Assembly (NCBI GenBank): GCA_041389885.1
Contig: JAWKRB010000006.1
Span: forward strand, 195,101 to 259,100
Direction of reading: 5' to 3'
Source: Polyangiales bacterium
GTDB lineage: Bacteria; Myxococcota_A; Polyangia; Polyangiales; Ga0077539
Length of the DNA: 64,000 nucleotides
This document shows, one piece after another, positions 43,609 to 53,424 of the stretch (positions are counted from its first letter, which is position 1; each line of letters opens with the position of its first letter). Below the pieces are notes generated by a model, which worked only from the letters and a program-made list of their open reading frames with translations, ran no database searches and was not told the origin of the DNA. Both the position numbers and the translations under genes were made by a program.

Positions 43609-44655
43609 CTACCGCGCGGGGCGTCGAAGGAGGTCGGCCCGCACGGCGATGCCCACGCTGAACGAGTCGGTGGCCGAGGTGTTTCTCCCCCAGATCGTTC
43701 GCGCGTAGCCGACGTTCATCTCGACCTGCGGGGCGAGGCGAAAGATCACCCCGGCGCCGAGGTCGAGGGCGTCGCGCTCGAGGCGCAGCTCGCGCAGCAG
43801 GAGGTTGTTGGTTCCGCCGTATTGACTCGCGGGGAGGTCGGGGTCGATCGCGGCGACCGAGACCCCGATGAGGTCGCCCGTGGTGACGGCGTACGCGAAC
43901 TGCGCCCATCCGTAGAAGAGCACCTCGCCGAAGAGCTGCCCCACGCGGATGGCCGACTGAAACTGGTGCGCCGCGGCCCCGAAGCGAACGTTGTACCCGA
44001 CGTCGAGGCGCAGGAAGGTGCGCGAGGGGAACGACACGCCGAACAGCACCGAGGGGGTGACGTCGACCTGTCCGTCGCCGAGGGTCACGTCGTCGCGCAC
44101 GTTCGCGGGCGCCACGAACTGCGCGGCGTTGGCGAGGAATTCAGCCGAGGTGCGGGGCTGCGCGCCGAAGGTGCCGGCGGGGCCGTTGTACCCGGTGGGC
44201 ACCTTGATGCGCAGCTCCGCGGCGATGGCGACGGGGCGGAGCAGCAGGCGGTAACGCGCCGCCGCGGAGATGTCACCGACGCCGCTCGTGCTGCGGGAGA
44301 GGGAGATGATGTTGCGCTGGGCCCACTGAAACTCGCTGAGGGTCGAGCCCGCCGGGCGTGGGAGCAACAAGACCGGGTCGGAGTCGTAGGTCACCGAGCG
44401 GATCGGCACCTGGAGCTCGACCTCGAGGCGGTCGGTGAGACCCGCGCGCACGCCGAAGGTGAACGCGTGCCCGGTGTATCGCCCGTTGAGGGGAAAGTTG
44501 CGCGCGACCCGCTCCTCGAAGAACTCCTGCCCCGCGGACTGAAAGTTGTACGACGTGGCGAAGACCGCGTTGCCCCTCGGGAGCGTCCACGGTGACGCCG
44601 CCGCAGAGGTCGTGCAGAGCGCCAGGGCGCTCGTGAGGATCGTTGCGCGTCGCAT
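43609..44655 (-). CDS. Putative outer-membrane beta-barrel protein
   Basis: Signal peptide (MRRATILTSALALCTTSAAASP), alternating hydrophobic beta-strand pattern, and C-terminal aromatic-rich strands. Confidence 0.65.
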   Translation of the reverse strand: MRRATILTSALALCTTSAAASPWTLPRGNAVFATSYNFQSAGQEFFEERVARNFPLNGRYTGHAFTFGVRAGLTDRLEVELQVPIRSVTYDSDPVLLLPRPAGSTLSEFQWAQRNIISLSRSTSGVGDISAAARYRLLLRPVAIAAELRIKVPTGYNGPAGTFGAQPRTSAEFLANAAQFVAPANVRDDVTLGDGQVDVTPSVLFGVSFPSRTFLRLDVGYNVRFGAAAHQFQSAIRVGQLFGEVLFYGWAQFAYAVTTGDLIGVSVAAIDPDLPASQYGGTNNLLLRELRLERDALDLGAGVIFRLAPQVEMNVGYARTIWGRNTSATDSFSVGIAVRADLLRRPAR

Positions 44656-44671
44656 GGTCCCGTCCAGGAGG

Positions 44672-46289
44672 TCAGAAGGTTACGAAGGGCGGCGGCTCTG
44701 TCGGCGGCGGCGCCGGGGCAGGGCGAACCGGGGCCGGAGGAGGCTGCGCGACCACCGGCGCGGGGCGCGGCGGCGCGAGCACCACGACCGGCGCAGGGGC
44801 AGGCGCAGGGGCAGGGGGCGGGGCCACGGGCTGGACCGGCGCGGCGGGGACCTGCGCCCGCACGGCTGGGGGCTCTGGCGTCGCCAGCGCGGCTGGGGGG
44901 CTCGTCGGGCGCGGTGCCCCTCCCCGCACGCGGGGCGCGCTCCTCGCGGAGCGCTGCGCGGGTTCGGTGCGGGGGCGCGGCTCGGGGAGGCTCCGGCGGA
45001 GGGGCCAGCGCGGCGGGGGCGGTAACCGGAGCCGCCGGAGGAGCGACCGCCGCGACAGGGGCCGCGGCCGGCGGGGGGACCGGGGCCGCCGCGACGGGCG
45101 AGGAGGCGGCGGCGCGCTCTCTCTGAGGCGTGCGCGGCCAGAGCCAGGCCAGCAGGAGCGCGGCGGGCAGGACCAGGAGCAGGAGCCACGCCCGCTTCGC
45201 GCGCGGCTCCACGCGCGGCGCGGCGGCGGGCGCCTCGGGGGGCCGCGGCGTGAGCGGGATGGGCTCCATCGAGCGCGCGATCGGCCGCGGATCCTGGTCG
45301 AGGGTGACGGCCGGCGGCGTCGCCGAGGCGCGCTGGGCGCTGCTCTCAAAGGGGTCGCTGAAGGCTTCGGCGTCGGGAGGCGGCGGCGTCGAGAGGAAGG
45401 TCGCGGGGTTCACCGCCCGACCGCGGAGCGTCTCGACCACCTCGGGCCTCGCGAGCAGCGCCGCGAGGAGGCCGCGCAGCGTCGCCGCGTCTGCCGGCCG
45501 CTCGTTGGGGTCTTTCTCGAGACAGCGATCGACCAGCGCCGCGAGGTCGGCGTGCAGCCACGGCGCGCGCGTCGCGACCGGCGTGGCGACGTCACGGTTC
45601 GCGCGAATCAGCACCGCGTGCGGCGTGGTGCCGTCGAAGGGAAAGATCCCGCAGACGATCTGGTACATCGTCACGCCCAGCGCGTAGACATCCGCCGCCG
45701 CGCTCACCGAGCGGGCGTCGAGGGCCTGCTCCGGCGCCATGTAGTACACCGTGCCCAGGGCGGTGCCCTCGGTGGTCGCCGTGCGCGAGCCGCGCAGGTC
45801 GCGGGCGACGCCGAAGTCGAGGAGCTTCACCTCTCCGCCGCGGGTCACGAAGACGTTCTCGGGCTTCAGGTCGCGGTGGATCACCCCGACGTCATGCGCC
45901 GCGGCGAGCGGGTCGAGCAGCGCGAGCACCAGCGCCATGGCCCCCGCCTGATCGACCGTGCGCTCGGACAAGAGCGTCGCCATCGAGCGCCCGTCGAGGA
46001 GCTCCATCGCCAGGTACGGCGCGCCGAGCTCGGGGTCGAAGCCGGCGTCGAAGACCTTCACCACCCCCTCGTGCTGAATCCTCGACGCGACGCTCACCTC
46101 GCGCAGGAATCGAGACACGCCCGCGGCGTCTCGCGCGAAGGCGCTCTCGATGATCTTCAGCGCCACCTCCTGCCGGGTCAGGTGGTGGCGGGCCACGTAC
46201 ACCCGGGCCATGCCCCCCGCCGCCAGGTCGCGCACGATCTCGTAGCGCCCCCCCACGAGGTGCGTTGCGGCTTCGGGCGTTTCGCTCAT
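44672..46289 (-). CDS. Ser/Thr protein kinase (active, Hanks-type) with a TM segment and a Pro-rich C-terminal tail; the tail is probably frameshifted
   Basis: Starts MSETPEAATHLVGGRYEIVRDLAAGGMARVY. Contains VALK, HRDLKPENVF, DFG and APE, plus a TM (AWLLLLVLPAALLLAWLW). The Pro/Ala-rich tail continues convincingly only in a different frame that stops at 44672 (...PAPAPAPAPVVVLAPP...PPPFVTF*). The frame shift lies around 44890-44990, near a G6 run. Confidence 0.65.
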
Positions 46290-46372
46290 CGTGACTCTCA
46301 GCGTCGTAGGATGCTCTCCGCGCGCCCTGCGCGGCAAGCGCTCCACACTCTCCAGGGCTGATGCGATCGCGC

Positions 46373-46747
46373 TCAATGGGGCTGACCAGGGCTACGCCTG
46401 CTGCGCCGATCCTGGATTTGCGCCTCGCCGATGCCGCGCTCTCGCCGCGCGCGCAGGCACTCGTCGCTGCCCGCCTCGACCCGCCGGCACGCCGCGGGTC
46501 GCAGCGCGTAGAGCTCGCAGCGCACCGAGCGACCGAGGCTGCCGCGGAGCCCGGCGCACCGCTGCCCGGCGTCGAGGCGGAGGTGCGCTCGCCCCTCTCC
46601 GTCGAACCTCACGTACCGCGCCACCGCCTGCGGATGACGCAGGATCGCGTCACGCGGCGTCACCTCGACGTAGGCCTCGGTGCCCTCGGCGCGGTTCTCG
46701 TCGGGGTTGCAGCAGCAGGCGCCGCACCGGGTGCAGTCGAGCGACAT
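46373..46747 (-). CDS. YkgJ-family (UPF0153) CxxCxxCC metal-binding protein
   Basis: MSLDCTRCGACCCNPDENR...; 124 aa. Confidence 0.7.
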   Translation of the reverse strand: MSLDCTRCGACCCNPDENRAEGTEAYVEVTPRDAILRHPQAVARYVRFDGEGRAHLRLDAGQRCAGLRGSLGRSVRCELYALRPAACRRVEAGSDECLRARRERGIGEAQIQDRRSRRSPGQPH

Positions 46748-46772
46748 CGACGTGGGCGCTTCTCCGCGGCCG

Positions 46773-47723
46773 TCAGGTCGCGAGCCGCTCGACGACGGCC
46801 ACCGCCGTCGCGGTCACCAGGGGGATCGAGAGGTTGTCGTCGACGCGACCCGAGTAGAGCTCCGTCACGGCGCCGACCACGCCGGCGGTCGCGGCGAGCA
46901 GCAGGTGCGAGGTCGGGCCCCCGGGGATGATCGCGAGCACCGCGAGGCTGGCGAGGGCGCCCACGACGGCGAAGGCGAGCGCGCCCTCGAGGGTGCGGTT
47001 GCGGGCGATCTTCACGCGGCCCCAGCGGCGACCCACCAGGGCGGCCATGGGGTCGCCGAGCGCGAGCACCGCGCAGCCCACCGCCGCCGCGCGCAGCGGC
47101 GCGAAGGCCGCGAGGAGCAGCAGCGCCGTCACGAACCAGGTGGCGGAGTTGACCCGGTGCCACTCGTGCGGGTGCGCGATGGGGCCGAGCATGCGCATCA
47201 GCCGCACGTTGGCGCCGCGGGAGCGCCGACGCACGATCTCGGAGGGCCACGCGAAGAGCGCCCAGGCGAGGGCGATCGCCACGAGCCAGCGCCGCTGCGC
47301 GATCAGCGCGATGGCCGCGACCGCCGTGAGCCCCGACGCCGCGTGGAACGCCGAGCGCGTCAGGTTCGACGGGCGCGCCCGCGCGGCGGCCAGCTCTCGG
47401 AGCGAGTCGCTGAGCGAGTCGACCTGCTGCGAGGCGCTCGCGCGAAAGCTGGTCCACGCCGAGAGCGCCGCGGCGCGGGGCGCGGGGAGGGCGTCGAGCG
47501 CCGCGAGGAGCGCGGCCATGCGCTCGCGCGCCGCGTCTGCCGCGGGGCCCTCGTCGGCCGCCGCGATGCTGCGAAAGCGCTCACGCGCCGCCTCGACGCG
47601 CAGTCGCACGGCGTCGGCCAGCTCGTCGCGCCACGCGGCGGGGTCGATGCGCGCGAGCGCGTCTCGGAGCTCATCGAGGGCGAGCAGGCTCTCGCGCTGA
47701 AGCACAGGGTTCATCTCGTGCAC
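46773..47723 (-). CDS. CTP-transferase family membrane protein (phosphatidate cytidylyltransferase / dolichol-kinase-like) with an N-terminal coiled-coil extension
   Basis: C-terminal GRRWGRVKIARNRTLEGALAFAV and multiple TM segments. The N-terminal ~110 aa are helical and soluble. Confidence 0.65.
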   Translation of the reverse strand: MHEMNPVLQRESLLALDELRDALARIDPAAWRDELADAVRLRVEAARERFRSIAAADEGPAADAARERMAALLAALDALPAPRAAALSAWTSFRASASQQVDSLSDSLRELAAARARPSNLTRSAFHAASGLTAVAAIALIAQRRWLVAIALAWALFAWPSEIVRRRSRGANVRLMRMLGPIAHPHEWHRVNSATWFVTALLLLAAFAPLRAAAVGCAVLALGDPMAALVGRRWGRVKIARNRTLEGALAFAVVGALASLAVLAIIPGGPTSHLLLAATAGVVGAVTELYSGRVDDNLSIPLVTATAVAVVERLAT

Positions 47724-47800
47724 GCGTTACTCTTCGGCGAGAACGCCGTCAAACCCCCAGCCGCCGTCGACACGCTGCGTCACGCGAGGATCGTGTAGCC

Positions 47801-48907
47801 TTGGGGCGCATGCAGGCGAGCACCCATGGTTCTCTCGACGGCTCCCGCCCGCCCCGCGTCCTCGTGGTGGGATGCGGCGGCATCGGCGGGATCACCGCCG
47901 CGCACCTCCACCAGCACCTCACGCCCCTGGGCGGCGCCGTGGTGGGCTTTACGACCAACGAGGTCATCGCGGCCGCGGTGACGGAGCAAGGCTACCGACT
48001 GGCGGGCGCCGACGGCGCGCGCACGGTCCGCGGGAGATGCGTCACGAGCCTCGTGGGGGAGCCCGAGCCCTTCGACGTGGTGGTGCTCGCGACGCAGCCG
48101 CCGCAGGTCGAAGACGCCGCCCGAGGGGCGCTCCCCTGGCTCGCGCCGGAGGGGGTGATGCTGGTCTTGCAGAACGGGTTGTGCGAGGCGCGCATCGCGC
48201 GCATCGCGGGGGTCGAGCGCGTCGTGGGCGCGGTGGTGGGGTGGGGCGCGGCGATGCCCGAGCCGGGGCGCTATGAGCGCACGGCGGCGGGAGGCTTCAC
48301 CCTCGGCCGCATCGACGGCGTCGACGACCCTCGGCTCCGCGCGGTGGCCTCGGCGCTGGAGTGCATCGGACCGGTCACGATCACGTCGAACCTCGCGGGC
48401 GCGCGCTGGAGCAAGCTCGCGATCAACTGCACCGTCTCGACGCTGGGCACCCTCGGGGGCGAGCGCCTCGGCGTGCTCATGCGCTCGCTCACCGTGCGGC
48501 GCCTGGCGCTGCGGATCATGACCGAGGTCGTGCGCGTCGCCGCCGCGGAGGGCGTGCGGCTCGAGAAGGTCAGCGGCACCCTCGACCTCGACTGGCTCGC
48601 CCTCACCGACGCGGAGATCGCCGCCGCGGGCTCGGCGTCGCTGGTGGCCAAGCACGCGACGCTACTCGCGGTGGGCGCGCGCTTTCGTCGCATGCGATCG
48701 TCGATGCTCGCCGCCATCGAGCGCGGTCGACCTCCGGCGGTCGACTTTCTCAACGGCGAGGTCGTCGACCGGGGCGCCCGCCTCGGGGTGCCGACGCCGG
48801 TGAACGCGGCGGCCCGAGAGCTGGTGCACGCCATCGCGCGCGGGGAGCGGCGGTCGTCGAGGGAGACGATCCGCGCGCTCGCGGAGGCGACGCTCAGCCC
48901 GGCGTGA
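47801..48907 (+). CDS. panE: 2-dehydropantoate 2-reductase (ApbA/PanE family)
   Basis: VLVVGCGGIGGITAAHL Rossmann motif, the KPR C-terminal domain, and 368 aa. The start may be further downstream. Confidence 0.8.
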   Translation: MGRMQASTHGSLDGSRPPRVLVVGCGGIGGITAAHLHQHLTPLGGAVVGFTTNEVIAAAVTEQGYRLAGADGARTVRGRCVTSLVGEPEPFDVVVLATQPPQVEDAARGALPWLAPEGVMLVLQNGLCEARIARIAGVERVVGAVVGWGAAMPEPGRYERTAAGGFTLGRIDGVDDPRLRAVASALECIGPVTITSNLAGARWSKLAINCTVSTLGTLGGERLGVLMRSLTVRRLALRIMTEVVRVAAAEGVRLEKVSGTLDLDWLALTDAEIAAAGSASLVAKHATLLAVGARFRRMRSSMLAAIERGRPPAVDFLNGEVVDRGARLGVPTPVNAAARELVHAIARGERRSSRETIRALAEATLSPA

Positions 48908-50675
48908 GGAGCTGGAGGTCGAGCCCGCCGGGGTACGTGTACGACGTGTAGCTGGCGATGCCGTAGACCTTGATCCCGAAGCCGTTCGTGCCGTCGGAGC
49001 GCATGCGGTGCGCGCCGGCTTCGATGGGCAGGGTGTACACGGTGAAGGCGCCGATGACCTCCATCGAGCCGCGCACGGGCTGCTCGTCGAGGTACGCCGT
49101 CGAGCCGGTGGGGACCACGATGTTGATGAAGTTTCGCGGGTAGGTCGACGGCACGTAGAAGTCGTAGCGGGTGCGGAACTGCTGCACCGGGACCTCGAGC
49201 ACCATCGCCGGGTCGCCCGCGCCGGTCTGCCCTGGAATCGACGGGCCCTGGCCCTGCATGAACTGCGCGACGACGAAGGGGCCGCCGCCCGTCACGCGAA
49301 AGTGCTGGTTGGTCTGAAACTCGATGATCCCTCCGGCCTGGAGGGTGCTGTCGCGGAACACCGGCGGGTCGAAGGTGATCGCGTTGTCGTCGACGCGAGA
49401 AAGGATGCGCACCGTCGTGGGCTGCTGCGTCCCGCGGTCTCTGAGGTGGGAGACGAGGTAGTCCGAGCCCCAGGTCTCGTTGGGCAGGAGCTGCTCCTCG
49501 AGGTGGTCGCAGGCGACGCGGTCGAAGGGCACGTTGGTGCAGTCGTGACCGACGAACACCGCGACGGGGTTGGTGGCCTCGATGGTCGTGCCCGTGAGGT
49601 CGCCCGAGCCCTCGCCGACGAGCTGCAGCACGTCTCCCTCGGTGAGGGTGAAGCTCCGCGTCTCGCCCCGCGCCATCGCGGGCACCCCGGCCCCCGCGCG
49701 GACGCGACCCGTCGCGCGCACCGTCACCGTGGTGCTCTCGCCCGTGGTCGCGGCGATGGACACGAAGCCGCCGAAGACGAAGTCGCGCCCCTCGAAGTTC
49801 GGCCAGGTGATCACCGTGTACCGCTGGGTCAGCACGCCCTGGGGGAGCAGCAGCGACGCGTCGTTCGAGTACGAGAAGAAGCGCGTGTTCTCTTGAAAGG
49901 TCAGCGGGTTGAACTGGTACGCCGCGATGGGGCCGTCGGCGTGCACGTGGTAGGCGCCGCCCCGCTGCAGCGCCGAGCGGGCCGGGTCGTTCGCCAGGCA
50001 GCGGTCCCCGAGGCGCGGGCAATTCGGGTTGAGCTGCGTCAGCGGCACGACCCACGGCAGCCGGACCACCTCGATGGCGTTGGGCGCCAGCACCACCGTG
50101 CGCGCCTCGGGGAGCGCGCCGCCGGTGACCTGCGCGGTGACCTCGTACTCCTGCGGGTTCGAGAGCACGACCGCGAAGTAGAAGTTCGGGTCGAGCCCGG
50201 AATTGGGGAGCGTGACGGGCCAGTAGTCGCAGCCCAGGTACGAGCGCCCGGCGGTGGCGGCCGAGCAGCGGTCGAGGCAGACGCCCGCGGCGCAGTACGC
50301 GCCCGAGCCCGTGCACTCGGGGCCGTCGTCCCAGCCCGAGCCGTCGGCGCGGCAGCGCTGCGTGCGGTTCGGCATCGCGGGGTCGCAGCGCGAGGTGTCG
50401 GGCATGCACGCCCTGCAGCCCAGGCCCGGCGCGCAGGTGCCTTCGGCGCCGCTGCAGAGGGTGCGCGCGGTGATGATGCCGTCGCTGGTGCAGCGGTACG
50501 ACGCGCTCACGCCCTCGCAGTAGATGCGGCCCGGCTCGCACCGCTCGGCGGAGCCGTCGCCGCTCGCGTCCATCGCCCCGCCGCCGCCGCCGCCGCCGTC
50601 GCGGGAGAACGTGCGGTCGGGGGAGCTACAGGCGGTCAGGGCGAGCGCAAGGATCAGTCGGCGAAGCGTGGGCAT
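48894..50675 (-). CDS. Hypothetical lipoprotein with a Cys-rich N-terminal module and a beta-rich C-terminal domain
   Basis: Lipobox (LALALTACSS), a Gly run, ~20 Cys in the first 150 aa, and a long beta-rich domain ending GFGIKVYGIASYTSYTYPGG. Confidence 0.65.
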   Translation of the reverse strand: MPTLRRLILALALTACSSPDRTFSRDGGGGGGGAMDASGDGSAERCEPGRIYCEGVSASYRCTSDGIITARTLCSGAEGTCAPGLGCRACMPDTSRCDPAMPNRTQRCRADGSGWDDGPECTGSGAYCAAGVCLDRCSAATAGRSYLGCDYWPVTLPNSGLDPNFYFAVVLSNPQEYEVTAQVTGGALPEARTVVLAPNAIEVVRLPWVVPLTQLNPNCPRLGDRCLANDPARSALQRGGAYHVHADGPIAAYQFNPLTFQENTRFFSYSNDASLLLPQGVLTQRYTVITWPNFEGRDFVFGGFVSIAATTGESTTVTVRATGRVRAGAGVPAMARGETRSFTLTEGDVLQLVGEGSGDLTGTTIEATNPVAVFVGHDCTNVPFDRVACDHLEEQLLPNETWGSDYLVSHLRDRGTQQPTTVRILSRVDDNAITFDPPVFRDSTLQAGGIIEFQTNQHFRVTGGGPFVVAQFMQGQGPSIPGQTGAGDPAMVLEVPVQQFRTRYDFYVPSTYPRNFINIVVPTGSTAYLDEQPVRGSMEVIGAFTVYTLPIEAGAHRMRSDGTNGFGIKVYGIASYTSYTYPGGLDLQLLTPG

Positions 50676-50732
50676 AGGACTGAAGCCCTACCGCATCGCC
50701 TCGGCCGACGTCCACACGCCCCGCCGCGGGGA

Positions 50733-51176
50733 TCAGGCGGAGTACTCCGCCACCGACGCGTCGGTCTCCCAGAACCGAACCGACACGAGCGGGATCGAGC
50801 GCGACCGGAGCTCGTCGTAGATCATCTTCGACAGGAACTCCGCGGTGGGGTTCTCCGCGAGCGCCACGAAGGGCTCCCCCTGCGCGCGGAGCACCGGCGC
50901 GATGGGGTCGTCGTGGCGGAGCAGCAGGCGGTGGTCGAGGGTGTCGTCGAACCACGCGAGGGCCACCCGGTGCAGCACGTCGAAGTCCATCACGAAGCCG
51001 CTCGGGTCGAGGCGCTCCGCGGCCAGGGTCAGCTCGACCCGGGCGTTGTGGCCGTGGATGCGCGCGCAGCGCCCGACGTAGTCCATCAGCCGATGGCCGT
51101 AGCAGAACCGAACCTCCTGGGTCACCCGATACACGCGCGCGTCACCGTTCCCTTCGATCGGGCGGCGCTGTATCAC
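50733..51176 (-). CDS. queD: 6-carboxy-5,6,7,8-tetrahydropterin synthase (6-pyruvoyl-tetrahydropterin synthase family)
   Basis: CYGHRLMDYVGRCARIHGHNARVEL (the Cx5HGH motif); 147 aa. Confidence 0.88.
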   Translation of the reverse strand: MIQRRPIEGNGDARVYRVTQEVRFCYGHRLMDYVGRCARIHGHNARVELTLAAERLDPSGFVMDFDVLHRVALAWFDDTLDHRLLLRHDDPIAPVLRAQGEPFVALAENPTAEFLSKMIYDELRSRSIPLVSVRFWETDASVAEYSA

Positions 51177-51283
51177 ATCCTCGGGGCGTCGGGACGGCTC
51201 TGCATTTCTCCGTCGCTTCGATCTGTCATCGTGGCACCATCCCGCGCTCCCGCGTCGCTCGATGGGAATTGGAGGTTCCGTAC

Positions 51284-52120
51284 ATGCTTTTCCGCGCCCG
51301 CTCGTCCGTCCTCGGTGGCCTCGTGGCCGGGATCATGGCCTGTGAGCAGCCCGCCGCCCCTCCGCCGGTGGTGGTCGCTCCCCCCTCCGGCGGCGAGGCG
51401 CCAGCCGCCCCGGCCGCGCCGCAGGCCACCGCGCGGGTGCGCGTCATTCACGCTTCGCCCGATCCCCTCGCGGCGCACGTCGCCGTGTACATGGACAACA
51501 GCACCGTCGCCGTGATCCGCGACCTGGCCTATCGAACCGGCGTCGGGTACGAGTCCATCGCCGCGGGGAGCCACGTCGTGCAGGCGCGCTTCCCCTCGGC
51601 GCCCCCCACGTCGCCGCCCGTGCTCAGCTACAACACCCCGAATTTTCAAACGAATCACTGGTATACAGTGATCGCCCACGGGCTCGCGTCGGAGCCCCAG
51701 GGGCCCCCGGTCGGCTTCGCCCCCGAGGAGGACCCGGGCGCCCCGATCGACCCCGCGCGCGCCGCGCTGCGGGTGTTCCACGCCGTGGTGGGCGGGCCGT
51801 CGGTGGACGTGTGCGTCGGCGGCGCGGCCGTCGTCGCGGGGGTCGCGTACGGCCAGTGGAGCGTCGGGAGCAGCGGTCGCTACGGCGTCGTCGCGCCGGG
51901 GCCGCAGCAGATCGTGTTCCGTCAGCACGCCGGCGCCCCGTGCTCAGGTCGAGCGCTCGGCGGCGTTCAGGCGATGATGTCCCCTGGAGCAAACTACACC
52001 GTCGTCGCCATCGGCCGCGTCGGTCGCATCGGCGCCGTGACCCTCGAGGCGCTGGTGTGCACCGACTCCCCGCTCAGCGGTCCGTCGCAGTGCGGGGCGG
52101 TGCCGATCGCGCCGATGTGA
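51284..52120 (+). CDS. DUF4397 domain-containing lipoprotein
   Basis: Signal and lipobox (MLFRARSSVLGGLVAGIMAC), followed by RVRVIHASPDPLAAHVAVYMDN, which is typical of DUF4397. Confidence 0.65.
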   Translation: MLFRARSSVLGGLVAGIMACEQPAAPPPVVVAPPSGGEAPAAPAAPQATARVRVIHASPDPLAAHVAVYMDNSTVAVIRDLAYRTGVGYESIAAGSHVVQARFPSAPPTSPPVLSYNTPNFQTNHWYTVIAHGLASEPQGPPVGFAPEEDPGAPIDPARAALRVFHAVVGGPSVDVCVGGAAVVAGVAYGQWSVGSSGRYGVVAPGPQQIVFRQHAGAPCSGRALGGVQAMMSPGANYTVVAIGRVGRIGAVTLEALVCTDSPLSGPSQCGAVPIAPM

Positions 52121-52159
52121 TCGTCAGCGCGGCCGCGCCGCGGCAGGAGTCGTGAGACC

Positions 52160-53416
52160 GTGGACCCCGAACTCAAGAAGATCCTCGAAGACGCCAAGGC
52201 CGCGCAGCGGTCGCTCGCGCGCGTCGACGCCGCGCAGCGCTCCGCGGGCCTCGGCGCCATCGCCGAGCGCCTCTCGGCCGCGCGCGCCGAGGTGCTCGCG
52301 GCGAACGCGGAGGACCTCGCGCGCGCCACCGACCTCGACGCGGCGATGACCGACCGTCTGCGCCTCACGCCCGCGCGCCTCGACGGCGTCGTCGCCGCGG
52401 TGCGCGCGGTGCGAGACGCCCCCGACCCCCTCGCCGAGGAGCGCTTCATGACGCAGCGCCCCAACGGCCTGCGGGTCTTTCGGCGTCGCGTTCCCCTCGG
52501 GGTCATCGCCGTGGTGTTCGAGGCGCGACCGAACGTGACCGTCGAGGCCGCGGCGCTCACGCTGCGATCGGGCAACGCCGTGGTGCTCCGGGGCGGAAAG
52601 GAGGCCGCGCGCAGCAACGCCGCGCTCGCCGACGTCGTCCGCGCCGGCCTCGTCGACGCGGGGCTGCCCGCCGAGGTCGTGGGCTTCGTGCGAGACCTGG
52701 CGCGCGAGCGCGTGGTCGAGCTCCTGGGCGCGACGGGGCTCGTCGACCTGGCCATCCCGCGAGGGGGCGCCTCGCTCATGCGGCTCGTCGACGCGCACGC
52801 GAGGGTGCCCGTGGTGCGACACGGCGCCGGGGTCTGCCACCTCTACGTCGACGCCGCCGCCGACCCCGCGATGGCCGAGTCCATCGCCTTCAACGCGAAG
52901 GTGCAGCGGCCGGGGGTGTGCAACGCCATGGAGACCCTCCTGGTGCACGCCGACATCGCGCCCGAGGCCCTGCCCCGCATCGCGAGGCGCTGGGCCGAGG
53001 CGGGCGTGTCGATGCGGGTCGACCCGCGCGGCGCGGAGGTGCTCGGCGCGGCCGGCGTCGCCTTCGAGCCCGCCACCGACGAGGACTGGGACCGCGAGTT
53101 TCTCTCGCTGACCGCGGCGGTCCGGGTGGTGCCGAGCTTCGACGAGGCGGTGCGTCACATCGACGCGCACGGCACCCAGCACACCGCCGCGATCGTGACC
53201 CAAGACGCGCAGGCGGCCGAGCGCTTTCTCGCCTCGGTCGAGGCGTCGTGCGTGCTCTGGAACGCGTCGACGCGCTTCAACGACGGCGGCGAGCTCGGCC
53301 TGGGCGCCGAGATGGGCATCTCGACGTCGCGGATGCACGCCTTCGGACCCATGGGCGCCAGGGAGCTCACCGCGGAGAAGTTCGTCGTGCGCGGCGACGG
53401 ACAGGTGAGGGGATAG
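52160..53416 (+). CDS. proA: Gamma-glutamyl phosphate reductase
   Basis: Aldehyde dehydrogenase fold, GVIAVVFEARPNVTVEAAALTLRSGNAVVLRGGKEA, and 418 aa. Confidence 0.95.
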   Translation: MDPELKKILEDAKAAQRSLARVDAAQRSAGLGAIAERLSAARAEVLAANAEDLARATDLDAAMTDRLRLTPARLDGVVAAVRAVRDAPDPLAEERFMTQRPNGLRVFRRRVPLGVIAVVFEARPNVTVEAAALTLRSGNAVVLRGGKEAARSNAALADVVRAGLVDAGLPAEVVGFVRDLARERVVELLGATGLVDLAIPRGGASLMRLVDAHARVPVVRHGAGVCHLYVDAAADPAMAESIAFNAKVQRPGVCNAMETLLVHADIAPEALPRIARRWAEAGVSMRVDPRGAEVLGAAGVAFEPATDEDWDREFLSLTAAVRVVPSFDEAVRHIDAHGTQHTAAIVTQDAQAAERFLASVEASCVLWNASTRFNDGGELGLGAEMGISTSRMHAFGPMGARELTAEKFVVRGDGQVRG

Positions 53417-53424
53417 GCGCCGCC

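Noticed and set aside
44391-44671. Continuation of the kinase ORF in its original frame through the OMP gene
   Set aside because: It would overlap the OMP start by 265 nt and is Arg-rich nonsense. The alternative frame ending at 44672 is Pro-rich and abuts the OMP start cleanly.
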